NCBI GenBank assembly: GCA_051002895.1
Contig: JBPCLW010000029.1
Coordinates: 1,234-65,233, forward strand
DNA: 64,000 bases
DNA from: Candidatus Dormibacteria bacterium
GTDB taxonomy: Bacteria > Chloroflexota > Dormibacteria > Aeolococcales > Aeolococcaceae
Direction of reading: 5' to 3'
Each line of letters begins with the position of its first letter. Position 1 is the stretch's first letter. The position numbers and the translations under genes are program-made. The notes below the pieces were generated by a model. It was not told the DNA's origin. It saw only the letters and a program-made list of their open reading frames with translations, and did not search any database. Positions 31,829 through 41,238 of the stretch are shown here, piece by piece.

Positions 31829-32521
31829 ATGGCTGAGACGATTCCCGGGTTTCCCGAGCATTTCCCGGTCCGCGCCGACGGGCGACGATCGCGCCGCTAC
31901 CGGCTGGTCTCCGCCCTCTGTCGCCTCGTTCTCGGCGCCCTCTTCGGGCCCCGTCTGCGATTCCGCGGAGCCGGGAACATACCCAGTGCGGGGCCCCTGC
32001 TGGTGGCCTCGAACCATCTGGCGAACTGGGACCCACTGATCTTCGGCGGCTACTTTCCGGGAACACTCCACGCCATGGCGAAGCGGGAGATCTACGGTTC
32101 GCGGGTCACGGCATGGATCCTTGCCGGATGCAACTGCTTCCCGGTGGAGCGTAATGGAAAGGACCGACGTGCGCTCCGTATCGCCCTCGATCTCATGAAA
32201 TCGAAGCGCCGGCTGCTGCTCTTCGTGGAGGGCACTCGCTCTCATCAACCGGGCATGCGGCGAGCCGAACCCGGCGCAGGCTTTCTGGTGCGTCGCGGCC
32301 AGGCCCGCGTCCTCCCCGTCGCCATCTCCGGCACCGAGGCGGCGTTGCGGCTCAGGCCATTTCCACGGCGGGGTTGGATCACGGTGCGCTACGGCGAGCC
32401 GTTCAGGCCACAGGGAAAGAGCGATGTAGAGATCGCTGACGAGATTGGTGCCGCCATCGCCACCATGCTGCCCGACGAATATCGCGGCTTCTACGCGGCC
32501 GCGGTGAGCGGCTCCCAATAG
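31829..32521 (+). CDS. plsC: 1-acyl-sn-glycerol-3-phosphate acyltransferase (PlsC family)
   Basis: 230 aa with HxxxxD acyltransferase motif (ASNHLANWD) and FVEGTRS box. Confidence 0.8.
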   Translation: MAETIPGFPEHFPVRADGRRSRRYRLVSALCRLVLGALFGPRLRFRGAGNIPSAGPLLVASNHLANWDPLIFGGYFPGTLHAMAKREIYGSRVTAWILAGCNCFPVERNGKDRRALRIALDLMKSKRRLLLFVEGTRSHQPGMRRAEPGAGFLVRRGQARVLPVAISGTEAALRLRPFPRRGWITVRYGEPFRPQGKSDVEIADEIGAAIATMLPDEYRGFYAAAVSGSQ

Positions 32522-32544
32522 CGTCTGGAGGCCATTCGACGCGC

Positions 32545-33093
32545 TCAGCCCGACGTCTGCTTGGCCGCCTCCGCCTCCGCCTCAGCTTCCTTGGCCGCCC
32601 TGTCGCGCTCTTTCGCTGCCTTCTCGCGGGCTTTCTCGCGTTCAGGCTCAGCGCTCTTCAGGCAGGTGAAGGCGACCACCTCCTTGGTCTCTGGCGCACT
32701 ATCAAAGCGGACGATGGCGGTCTGGCTGAGCACGGTCTCGACCCGCCCAGTGGCACCGATCGGGTAAGGACCGATGGGGGTGCCGGTGCGCGGCCGCGTG
32801 TGCTGCGTGAGGATGATCTTCTCGCCGATGTCGAACGGCGGCGGGGGCTCGTCCTTGGCGCTTGGTGGCCGTCCCGGCTGGGGTCGTACCGGGGGCCGTG
32901 GTGCCACGGGGGGGGCGGCAACGATCGTCGCTTCCTCCTTGTCCTCCTCGTCCTCGTCATCGTCCTCATCGGTGACCAATTCGGGGTCGACGACAGCATC
33001 GATCTCCTCCGCAGGGTCATCCGTCTCGGCGGGGGCGGCCGGAACTGCCCCGTTGTCGTTGTCGGCGGGCGTGTCAGGTGTGGTCTTGGCCAT
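32545..33093 (-). CDS. Hypothetical protein with acidic low-complexity tract, Pro-rich linker, a globular C-terminal domain and a KAREKAAKE...AEAEAEAAK tail
   Basis: Start placed at the internal ATG (MAKTTPDTP) at 33093. The longer ORF (to 33384) would overlap the divergent GT2 gene start at 33194. No recognised domain. Confidence 0.4.
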   Translation of the reverse strand: MAKTTPDTPADNDNGAVPAAPAETDDPAEEIDAVVDPELVTDEDDDEDEEDKEEATIVAAPPVAPRPPVRPQPGRPPSAKDEPPPPFDIGEKIILTQHTRPRTGTPIGPYPIGATGRVETVLSQTAIVRFDSAPETKEVVAFTCLKSAEPEREKAREKAAKERDRAAKEAEAEAEAAKQTSG

Positions 33094-33193
33094 GGTTCCC
33101 CGGGCGAGCGTGGTGGGTGAGCGAAGCTGGAGGATATCGTCTCTTCCCCCGATGGCGAGGCGGTGATCATCGAGGCGGACCGAGTTCATCGCC

Positions 33194-34741
33194 ATGGCCC
33201 TCTTAGAATGCCCGGTAATGGCCGCTCGTAGCTGGACCGCTCTCAGCCCCCGTGCCCAGCAGCGGGCCCTGGAAATCCTTCCCGGTGCGCTCACCTGGAT
33301 AGTGCTCCTCACCCCGCTTGTCCTCGCCTTTGCGGTGCGCCTGAACAACCCCGCTGACCTCTGGATGCTCGGCGTTGCCGCCATCGGCCTCGATCTCTAC
33401 TGGTTGTTCCGGACCACGGTCACGGTGCGCGCGGTGGGCCGCTCCCTGGTTCAGATCCAGGCGACCGAGGCCGTTGACTGGTGGGCCCGTTGCCAGGCGG
33501 TGGAGGTTCCCGATGGTGGGGCCGCCCCCGGGGAGATCGTCCACTGCGCGCTCATCCCCACATACACGGAGAAGTATGAGGTCTTGCGCGGGACGCTCGA
33601 AGCGCTCGTCGAGCAGAACTACCCGGATCACCTGAGGGTGTGCGCCATCATCACTCGGGTCACCGACACCGGTGGCTGGGAAAACGTTGCCCGCCTGCAG
33701 GAGGAGTTCGGCCATCGCTTTCGTGCCTTCCTCCACATCAAGGATCCGCTGCTGCCGGGGATCGTCGTCGGCAAGTCGGCGGCCATGGCCTACGGGGGGC
33801 CCGAGCTACGGCGACACTGTGACGAGATGGGGCTCGATCCCACCCGTACCCTGGTCACTGATCTCGACTCCGACTTTCGACTGCATCCTCAGTACTGGGC
33901 GTATGTCACCGCCCAGTTCTGCGCTGTCGATGACCAACTGACCTCGATCTGGCAGCCGGTCCCGGTGTTCCTCAACAATCTTTGGCGCGTCCCCGCTGCG
34001 GTCCGGGTCATGGCCACAGCGTCGACCCAGTGGCAGATGTTCTTGCACCAGAACCCCCACCGACTGGTGATGTTCTCCTCGTACACCATGCCGATGCCGT
34101 TGCTCACCGCGGTGGGATACTGGGATGACGACGTCATCCCCGAGGACTCCCGATTCTTCTGGAAGAGCTTCTTTCGCTACGGTGAGAAACTCCATGTGCG
34201 CCCTGCGTTTCTGCCGGTTTTCGGCGACGCGCCTCGAGCCCGCGACTACGCGTCTACTCATGTGTCTCAATACAACCAAATCAAGCGCTGGGCGTGGGGC
34301 GCCACCGACATTCCCTATGTGTGCGTGCGGATGCTTCGCCACCGGGAGATTCCCTGGCGGCTCCGTGCCCGCCGCTTCATGCACCTCATCTTCAACCATC
34401 TCACCTGGGCAACCCTCCCGCTGCTGCTCTTCTTTGGGGGCGCCCTGCCGGCGATGATCGACCTCGACTACAGTCTGAGTACCGCTTCCACGTACATCGG
34501 CTGGGCCACCGCCGGAATTCTCACGGTGACGCTGCTCAACACCCTCGCCCTCATCCGGATCGACCGGCGGATGTGCCCAAAGCCCACGGAATGGAAATGG
34601 TGGCGCCGCCGATGGGCAGACTCACAACTCTTTCTCTACCCCATCGCCGGTCTGGCTCTCTCGGTCATTCCCGCACTGGAGGCACAGACGCGTCTCATGT
34701 TCGGGGCGTACCTCGAGTACAAGGTCACTGAGAAGGAGTAG
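33194..34741 (+). CDS. Family 2 processive beta-glycosyltransferase, integral membrane (cellulose/chitin/hyaluronan-synthase-like)
   Basis: 515 aa. N-terminal and C-terminal TM helices flank a GT-A domain with DxD-like motifs (TDLDSD) and the QxxRW processivity motif (QIKRWAWG). Confidence 0.7.
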   Translation: MALLECPVMAARSWTALSPRAQQRALEILPGALTWIVLLTPLVLAFAVRLNNPADLWMLGVAAIGLDLYWLFRTTVTVRAVGRSLVQIQATEAVDWWARCQAVEVPDGGAAPGEIVHCALIPTYTEKYEVLRGTLEALVEQNYPDHLRVCAIITRVTDTGGWENVARLQEEFGHRFRAFLHIKDPLLPGIVVGKSAAMAYGGPELRRHCDEMGLDPTRTLVTDLDSDFRLHPQYWAYVTAQFCAVDDQLTSIWQPVPVFLNNLWRVPAAVRVMATASTQWQMFLHQNPHRLVMFSSYTMPMPLLTAVGYWDDDVIPEDSRFFWKSFFRYGEKLHVRPAFLPVFGDAPRARDYASTHVSQYNQIKRWAWGATDIPYVCVRMLRHREIPWRLRARRFMHLIFNHLTWATLPLLLFFGGALPAMIDLDYSLSTASTYIGWATAGILTVTLLNTLALIRIDRRMCPKPTEWKWWRRRWADSQLFLYPIAGLALSVIPALEAQTRLMFGAYLEYKVTEKE

Positions 34742-34748
34742 AGCACCC

Positions 34749-35741
34749 ATGTCCCGGCCCCGCGTCCTCAGCGGTATCCAACCCAGCGGCGAGCTGCACA
34801 TCGGCAACTACCTTGGCGCGCTGCGCAACTGGGTCGCGGATCAGGACACCTACGAAAACTACTTCTGCATCGTCGACCTTCATGCGCTCACCGTGCTGCC
34901 CGACGCTGGAGATTTGCGTCGGCGCACCCTCGACCTGGCCGCTCTCTATGTGGCCTGCGGCCTCGACCCCGAGCGCTGCGAGATCTTTGTGCAGTCGCAC
35001 GTTCCCGCACATGCTGAACTTGGGTGGATCATGGAGTGCTTCTCTCCGATGGGCTGGCTGGAACGTATGACCCAGTTCAAGCAGAAGAGCAAGGGCGCGG
35101 GTCGCGAGCGGGTTGGTGTCGGTCTCTTCACCTATCCATCACTGATGGCCGCCGACATCGTCCTCTACGACGCCGACTTCGTTCCCGTCGGCGACGACCA
35201 ACGTCAGCATGTCGAGTACTGCCGCGATGTGGCGCAGCGCATCAACACCATGCGCGGCGACGTTCTCAAGATCCCCCAGCCGCTCATCCGCCGGGAGGGC
35301 GCACGGGTGATGGGCCTCGACGATCCCACCGTGAAGATGAGCAAGTCCGCGGGTGGCGAGCGGCCGGCGCACGCCGTCTTCCTTCTCGACTCACCGGACC
35401 GGGCGCGGAAGAAGATCATGCGTGCCGCGACCGACTCGAATCCCGCCGTTGCCGAGCCGCTCGGCCCCGGTGTCGCCAATCTCCTCGACATCTACGCTGC
35501 GGTGCACCGTGTTCCCGCGGCGGATGCGCTCCGCGAGTTTTCTGGCACGACGTACGGCAACCTCAAGGGAGCCGTCGCGGATGCGGTTGTGGACACGCTT
35601 GGTCCGATCCAGTCGCGCTTCCACCAGTTGCGCGACGATCCCGGAGAACTGGACCGTCTCCTCACTCGCTCGGCGGAGCGGGTCAACGCTGTCGCTGAGG
35701 CCACGCTGCAACGGGTGTATCGGGCCGTCGGCCTGCGCTGA
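34749..35741 (+). CDS. trpS: Tryptophan--tRNA ligase
   Basis: 330 aa. Class I HIGH motif (GELHIGNY) and KMSKS motif (VKMSKSAG). Starts 8 nt after the GT2 stop. Confidence 0.9.
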   Translation: MSRPRVLSGIQPSGELHIGNYLGALRNWVADQDTYENYFCIVDLHALTVLPDAGDLRRRTLDLAALYVACGLDPERCEIFVQSHVPAHAELGWIMECFSPMGWLERMTQFKQKSKGAGRERVGVGLFTYPSLMAADIVLYDADFVPVGDDQRQHVEYCRDVAQRINTMRGDVLKIPQPLIRREGARVMGLDDPTVKMSKSAGGERPAHAVFLLDSPDRARKKIMRAATDSNPAVAEPLGPGVANLLDIYAAVHRVPAADALREFSGTTYGNLKGAVADAVVDTLGPIQSRFHQLRDDPGELDRLLTRSAERVNAVAEATLQRVYRAVGLR

Positions 35742-35743
35742 CC

Positions 35744-36871
35744 TCACGGGCGTAGATCGCCGATCAGTTCGCGGTAGACGGCCACCGTCTCCGTGGCCGC
35801 GCAGGCCCAGGTGAAGGGGGCCGCGCGCTCGATGCCGAGGGCCGCGCGGTCGCGGCAAACGTGGGGATCCGCGAGGAGAGCGCTGAGCAAGGAGGCGAGA
35901 GCGGCGGCATCGCCGTCCGGTGCGATCAGGGCCGCCTCACCGCCCACCTCGGGAATCGAGCTGTTGGCGAAGGCCGCCACCGGGGCACCGCAGGCCATGG
36001 CCTCGAGCACGGGTAGGCCGAAGCCCTCGTACGCACTCGTCACCACCACGGCGGCGGCCCCGCTCATGAGAGCGACGAGGTCGCTGCGGGAGACGTGTCC
36101 AAGGATGCGGACATGGCCCTGCAACTCCGGGCGATCGAGGGCATCCTCGAGTCGCCTCTGAAAGATGCCCTGGTCGCCGGTGATCACGATGTCGATGTCG
36201 TGTTCGGCGCGGACGCGTGCGACCACTTCACTCAGCAGCCCAGGCCGCTTATGGGGCTCGAACGTGCCTGCGGCCAGGAGGTAGGGGCGCTCCAGCCCGA
36301 GACGGAGGCGTGTCGCCTCGATCTCGGCCGCTCCCGCGGGGTGGAAGTGGGGCGCCACCCCATGGGCGACGACGCGGATGCGCTGGAGATCGCAGTGCGC
36401 CACCCGCACGCAGTCGTCCCGCGTCGATCGACTGGGGACGATGAGCCGATCGGCGCGGCGCAGCTGGTGAACCGCAAGGCGCAGACGCTCTCGACTCTTC
36501 CAGGGATATCCCGGCAGAACGAAGGGGATGAGGTCGTGGACCGTGACGACGACGGGAATACTCGCTGCGGCCGGCTGTCCATATTCGGTGGCGTGATACA
36601 GCCGGGGACGGTGACGCCGCAGGGCACCGGCGACCAGCAGGGAATCGGCGAGCGGCTGGATGCGCCGGTTCAGGCAGGGAAGCCGGGGGCCCACGCCGGC
36701 TCCGGAGGTGGCCAGATACGACGGCAGAGCGTCGCGGCTGAGGAGCAGGGAGAGTCGTGACGTCATCCCCAGGCTCGCCAGTCCGTCCAGCAAGCCGGCA
36801 ACGTAGGTCCCGATTCCTCGCGGCGCGGAGCCGCCCTGGAGTGGACGTCCGTCCATCAGCAGCGGCCTCAT
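35744..36871 (-). CDS. Glycosyltransferase family 4 (GT-B, retaining)
   Basis: From ATG 36871 (ATGA overlap with the upstream GT4 stop): MRPLLMDGRP... C-terminal GT4 signature EGFGLPVLEAMACGAPV. The upstream 77 codons of ORF 35744..37102 are an Arg-rich artefact. Confidence 0.8.
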   Translation of the reverse strand: MRPLLMDGRPLQGGSAPRGIGTYVAGLLDGLASLGMTSRLSLLLSRDALPSYLATSGAGVGPRLPCLNRRIQPLADSLLVAGALRRHRPRLYHATEYGQPAAASIPVVVTVHDLIPFVLPGYPWKSRERLRLAVHQLRRADRLIVPSRSTRDDCVRVAHCDLQRIRVVAHGVAPHFHPAGAAEIEATRLRLGLERPYLLAAGTFEPHKRPGLLSEVVARVRAEHDIDIVITGDQGIFQRRLEDALDRPELQGHVRILGHVSRSDLVALMSGAAAVVVTSAYEGFGLPVLEAMACGAPVAAFANSSIPEVGGEAALIAPDGDAAALASLLSALLADPHVCRDRAALGIERAAPFTWACAATETVAVYRELIGDLRP

Positions 36872-38043
36872 CGAGAGATTGCCGCCCGCAGCAGGCTCTC
36901 CAGTCGCTCGACAACGTCGTCCCAGCGGTAACGCTCGGCGACGAATCGACGGCCGCGCTCGCCCATGGCATCCGCAGCAGATGGCGACGTCAGGAGCTGC
37001 TCCGCAGCGTCGGCGAATTCTCCGCTCGTCTGGTAGACGATGGCAGCAGCGGAACGGGCGGCCTGTCCCCGGAGCACCGCTCCGGCGCCGTTGACGATGC
37101 ACGGCCGTCCCGTGGCCCAGGCCTCCAGGGTGATCAGGGAGAGCGACTCCATGCTGCTGGGTACGACGACCGCGCGCGCCCCGGCAACCGCTGCCCAGCG
37201 CTCGGCATCCGGCACCCGGCCGATCCGCAGGACTCCGGGTGGGACCGCTTGGCCGGTGGAGTCGTCACCCATGAGGACGAGGCGGGCCCGGGGTCGCCGT
37301 GTACGTAGTTCCGCGAAACCGGTGAGCAGGTCGGTCACTCCCTTGCCGCTGGTCACTCGACCGCCGTACAGCAGATAGTCGTCAAGCTGCCGCCGACGCC
37401 GGAATCCGTCGACATCGATGTCGTTCGGCGCATCGACACCAACGGTCCCGATAGCGTGAGGGACGCGGGCGGATTGCGGATGGCAGCGAAGCAGGAGTTC
37501 CCGTTCCTCTTCGGTGTTGAACCACAGGCCGTCGCTCGACGTGATCATGCGGCCGACGCGGCGCAACCGCAGTGCGGGCTCGTCGTGGGCCGCGGGAAGC
37601 AGCACTCGGGGATGGGGCGCCGCGGGAAGCCCAGACACGGTGGGGTGATAGAGATACGGAGTGAAGAGCGTCGGATGACCCGCTGTCTCGCTCAGCGCCC
37701 GCACCAGGCTCGGCGCATAGGGACCCTGGGCGCGGAGCCAGAACCTCTCGGGACGCAGCCTCGGGGGAAGACGGAAGACGGCTCGCGAGAGTTGATGGAA
37801 GGCGGCGGGATGGCGGCCGCTCCGGACCGGATAGCGATGCACCCGCACTCCCTCATCGACGCTGACGCCCGGCGCGAAACCCTCCGCCCAGGTGGCCTCG
37901 TCGATTGCTGTGGTGGTGAACACCTCGATACTCCAATGACGCTGGTGCAGTGCCAGGGCAAGGCGCCGGACCAGTGCCTCGCTGCCGCCACTGACGTTGG
38001 CCCCGTACCGGGGAACGACGATACGCAGACACCTCGTGCTCAC
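36868..38043 (-). CDS. Glycosyltransferase family 4
   Basis: 391 aa. GT-B fold with ESLSLITLEAWATGRPCIV (EX7E-like region). Translationally coupled at both ends. Confidence 0.8.
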   Translation of the reverse strand: MSTRCLRIVVPRYGANVSGGSEALVRRLALALHQRHWSIEVFTTTAIDEATWAEGFAPGVSVDEGVRVHRYPVRSGRHPAAFHQLSRAVFRLPPRLRPERFWLRAQGPYAPSLVRALSETAGHPTLFTPYLYHPTVSGLPAAPHPRVLLPAAHDEPALRLRRVGRMITSSDGLWFNTEEERELLLRCHPQSARVPHAIGTVGVDAPNDIDVDGFRRRRQLDDYLLYGGRVTSGKGVTDLLTGFAELRTRRPRARLVLMGDDSTGQAVPPGVLRIGRVPDAERWAAVAGARAVVVPSSMESLSLITLEAWATGRPCIVNGAGAVLRGQAARSAAAIVYQTSGEFADAAEQLLTSPSAADAMGERGRRFVAERYRWDDVVERLESLLRAAISR

Positions 38044-39098
38044 TCCGGCATGCCCAGGAGGCTCACCGCCTCGCCGAGCCTCTTGTCGACGCGATCATCA
38101 GAAAACTCAGCCAGGCGACGACGCCCGCGACCGATGAGCTCACGACGCAGGTTCTGGTCACGGATGACACGATCGATGACCTCTGCCCACACCAGGGGAT
38201 CGCGGTGACCGAGGACGATCCCCGCGCCCCCAACGGTCTCGGCAACGGCCCCGGCGTCCTGAGCGACCACGGGGACCGAGAAGGCCATGGCTTCGACCAG
38301 GGGCATGCCGAAGCCTTCGTGCTCACTCATGCAGACGACCACGCTTGCCGTTGCGTAGAGATCTCCGATCTCCCGGTCGCAGAGACGCCGGGCAGGCATC
38401 TCCACCACCCCGGCGACACCGAGGCGTGTCGCTAGCTCGCGCAGGGCAGCAACGTACGGGATGGTGTCGTCGCTCCCTCCGGGGATGACGAGGCGTGCCT
38501 GCGGTTGGGGTCCGGCGCGTAGGGCGGCGAGGACGCGGAGGAGGTCGTCGTGTCGCTTGTTGGGCGCCAGCCTGGAAACGAAGAGGAGCCGGGGCGGCGT
38601 CGCCGGGACCGCCGGACGCGGCCGCAGGCGTTGCAGGTCAACGGGAGGCGGCACGACCATGGTCTTCCGGCAGCCGGCGCTTCGCAGTTCATTCTCGTTG
38701 AACTGCGAAGCGGCAAGCCCGAGCTCGGCAAGCGGTGCCAGACGGGCAAGGTCGTCGCGGCCACGCTCCACCCAGTAGGCCACCCGGGGATTGACGTCCT
38801 CATAGAACCGACGCGGCGTGATGTTGTGGTACAGGAGAGCGTGGCGCGGGAGTAGCGCCACGAGGTCGGCGCAGCGCGCACCGATGGACAGGTGGTAGAG
38901 GACGACATCGCCGTCGTCCATGTCCCCGAGCAGTAGGTTCGCGGGCTGGGCCAGGTGCTGCAGACTCTCATCCACCAGTTCAGCGTAGATACCGCCTCCA
39001 ACCCGCAGGCGATGCAGCCCTTCCTGGATGCGGAGCACGCTCTGCCCCACTGCGTCACCGGGTGAGAGCACGGGTAGGAGTTGATGGATCCGACTCAT
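38040..39098 (-). CDS. Glycosyltransferase family 4
   Basis: From ATG 39098 (ATGA overlap): MSRIHQLLPVLSPGDAVGQ... with EGFGMPLVEAMAFSVPVV. The first 19 codons of ORF 38040..39155 overlap the upstream gene. Confidence 0.8.
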   Translation of the reverse strand: MSRIHQLLPVLSPGDAVGQSVLRIQEGLHRLRVGGGIYAELVDESLQHLAQPANLLLGDMDDGDVVLYHLSIGARCADLVALLPRHALLYHNITPRRFYEDVNPRVAYWVERGRDDLARLAPLAELGLAASQFNENELRSAGCRKTMVVPPPVDLQRLRPRPAVPATPPRLLFVSRLAPNKRHDDLLRVLAALRAGPQPQARLVIPGGSDDTIPYVAALRELATRLGVAGVVEMPARRLCDREIGDLYATASVVVCMSEHEGFGMPLVEAMAFSVPVVAQDAGAVAETVGGAGIVLGHRDPLVWAEVIDRVIRDQNLRRELIGRGRRRLAEFSDDRVDKRLGEAVSLLGMPE

Positions 39099-40279
39099 GC
39101 CGTGGCGGGCAAATCCCGCAGTGCCTCCTCGAGCCGTTTGATGACTGCGCTCCACGAGTAACGCTCGGCGACGAAGCGGCGACCCGCCTGGCCCATGCGA
39201 TCACGCAGGTCACGATCCGCTCGCAAGCGATCGAGTGCGCCGGCGAATTCCTCGACTGAGCGGATCCAGAGCCCTCCCCCGGACTCCTCGCAGGCGCGTC
39301 GGGTAACCGCGCAATCAGCGTGGACAATGACCGGAACCCCGACGCTCCAGGCCTCCATGATCACAAAGCTGAGGCTCTCGAATCGCGATAGGTTGGCGAC
39401 GACCAGCGAGGAGGCAAGCGCAGCGAGCTTCTCCTCCTGGGATAGGAAGCCGAGGTCGACGACGTGCTCGCGGGCGCGACGTGGCAGATCGATGTTGCCG
39501 CCGCCCAGCGCAAGCAGGGTGACCCGACCATCGGCGGAGAGAGCCAGGTTGTAGGCGGTGACGGATTCGGCGACCAGCGGAAAGTTCTTGGCCATCTCGC
39601 GGCGTCCTGCATAGGCGACGAGTTCACCCTGCAGCCGATGGCGGCGACGGAAGGCAGCAACATTGGGGGGAGGTGGGATGTCAAACCCTGCACCGACCAC
39701 TCGATTGGGCGGCAGCGGTCCCCAGAGGCGAGCGGCGAGGTCGCGTTCAGCAGCGGTGTTGAAGACCAGGCCAGCGACACTCGAGAGGACCTCCCCGACG
39801 CAGGCGAAACGGGCGGTGGGCTCATCGTGCAGGAGCGGCATGACCAGACTGCGCCCGGGATGGAGCAGCGCACCAAATACTGTTGGGCCGTACAGATACT
39901 GGGTGAAGAGGAATACATCGACGGAGTCGGCGATCTCATCGATGCGCGCCAGAAGTGCTTGGCTGTATCCGCCATTTCTGACCCATTCGCGCTGGAGATG
40001 ATCGGGCAGCGTCAGCCCCGCATCAATGGCTGGTTGAAGTCGGCGCATAATTGCGTGATCGCGCGGAGAGACAAGGAAGCGTTCCACCCTGACGCCACGC
40101 TCCACCGTGACGCCGGGCGGATACGCGTTCTCCCAGCTGAAGTGGTCACGAACACATGTGGTCAGAACCGACACTTGATGGCCGGCCTCGGCCAGACGTT
40201 GAGCGAACTCCCGAACGTGGGACTCGGCACCGCCGACGATTTCCCCGCCGTAGCGGGCGATAACCAGGACAGCGCGCAT
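39095..40279 (-). CDS. Glycosyltransferase family 4
   Basis: 394 aa. N-terminus MRAVLVIARYGGEIVGGAESHV (typical GT4 donor-binding start). C-terminus FESLSFVIMEAWSVGVPVIV. Confidence 0.8.
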   Translation of the reverse strand: MRAVLVIARYGGEIVGGAESHVREFAQRLAEAGHQVSVLTTCVRDHFSWENAYPPGVTVERGVRVERFLVSPRDHAIMRRLQPAIDAGLTLPDHLQREWVRNGGYSQALLARIDEIADSVDVFLFTQYLYGPTVFGALLHPGRSLVMPLLHDEPTARFACVGEVLSSVAGLVFNTAAERDLAARLWGPLPPNRVVGAGFDIPPPPNVAAFRRRHRLQGELVAYAGRREMAKNFPLVAESVTAYNLALSADGRVTLLALGGGNIDLPRRAREHVVDLGFLSQEEKLAALASSLVVANLSRFESLSFVIMEAWSVGVPVIVHADCAVTRRACEESGGGLWIRSVEEFAGALDRLRADRDLRDRMGQAGRRFVAERYSWSAVIKRLEEALRDLPATA

Positions 40280-41190
40280 CAGTTCGCGGCGACGCCCCGG
40301 ATCTGGTACCAGGGGCCGATCTCGCCACTACCGGAACCACCTCCGATCGGCGCGATAGTCACGTCGGTTAGACCGGCAGCCTCCCAGATCAGCTGGGCGG
40401 TCTCCCGACCCACGTGGCGGACCATATCGACGTCGAGGTCGGCAGGGTTGGACGGTGTGGCCGGATAGCCTGGGTCCGGGGCATCGGCGATGAGCAGGCC
40501 GCCGTCTTGCAGTGCGGATGTGGCCAGGGTGCCGATGCGCAGGAGTTCCGCAGCGCTGAATCGGGGGAGAAGCCCGAGAAGTGCGACGGCGGCTAGGGAG
40601 TCTCCGGCGGTATGTTCCAGGTCAGGAATGACACGCGCGGTTGCCGTCGCTACCGGGCGCTGGCGGGTGATGGCTGCCGCCACCGCCGGCGAGCCGGCCA
40701 CGAGCACCCGTCCGCTGGGCGCATCCCGGAGGGCGCGGAGAGCAGCCGTGGTCCGGCCCTCGCCGAGGCCGGTCACGCGGGCGTCAGCGCCTGCGTCGAT
40801 GGGAGGCACTCCGAGTCCGCGCGTTTCTGGCGTTTCTACGCGTGCCAGACGGCGTTCGATCCCACGCAACTCGCGGACCATGGCGGTGTTGAATCGGGTC
40901 TGATCAACAGCGACCGGCTGTACGTACCAGGCGATGAGCCGGCGCACGACGCGTTTGGTGAAGACGATTGCCGGACCCAGAGCGTGATTGGAGTGGAGGG
41001 GTCGCCAGAAGTCGACGACGGCGAGCACCTCGGGGGGATCATCATCCGGACGGACTCGGAACTCCTCGTGGAGCTGTGCCAGGAGCGCGGCCGGATACTC
41101 CCCGGCATCCTGGCGCCGTCGCACGTCCGCCTCGATCTCAGCGACAAGCGCCGCCGTGTCGACGCCGCTGGGCTCCTCGGTGCTGGACAT
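40279..41190 (-). CDS. Hypothetical protein (303 aa); first gene downstream of the WXG100-fusion gene, translationally coupled to the GT4 genes
   Basis: ORF with good length and its stop overlapping the next start. No confidently recognisable motif: there is no GxGxG SAM motif, so a methyltransferase assignment is not supported. Confidence 0.45.
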   Translation of the reverse strand: MSSTEEPSGVDTAALVAEIEADVRRRQDAGEYPAALLAQLHEEFRVRPDDDPPEVLAVVDFWRPLHSNHALGPAIVFTKRVVRRLIAWYVQPVAVDQTRFNTAMVRELRGIERRLARVETPETRGLGVPPIDAGADARVTGLGEGRTTAALRALRDAPSGRVLVAGSPAVAAAITRQRPVATATARVIPDLEHTAGDSLAAVALLGLLPRFSAAELLRIGTLATSALQDGGLLIADAPDPGYPATPSNPADLDVDMVRHVGRETAQLIWEAAGLTDVTIAPIGGGSGSGEIGPWYQIRGVAAN

Positions 41191-41238
41191 GCGGCGAGAC
41201 TAGCTCAGTCTCTCGCCCGGTCGCCCTCGCCGGTGGGG

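Noticed and set aside
40279-41190. Calling the 303-aa coupled gene a SAM-dependent methyltransferase or glycan chain terminator
   Set aside because: There is no GxGxG or acidic motif II pattern. The assignment would be pure context-based speculation.
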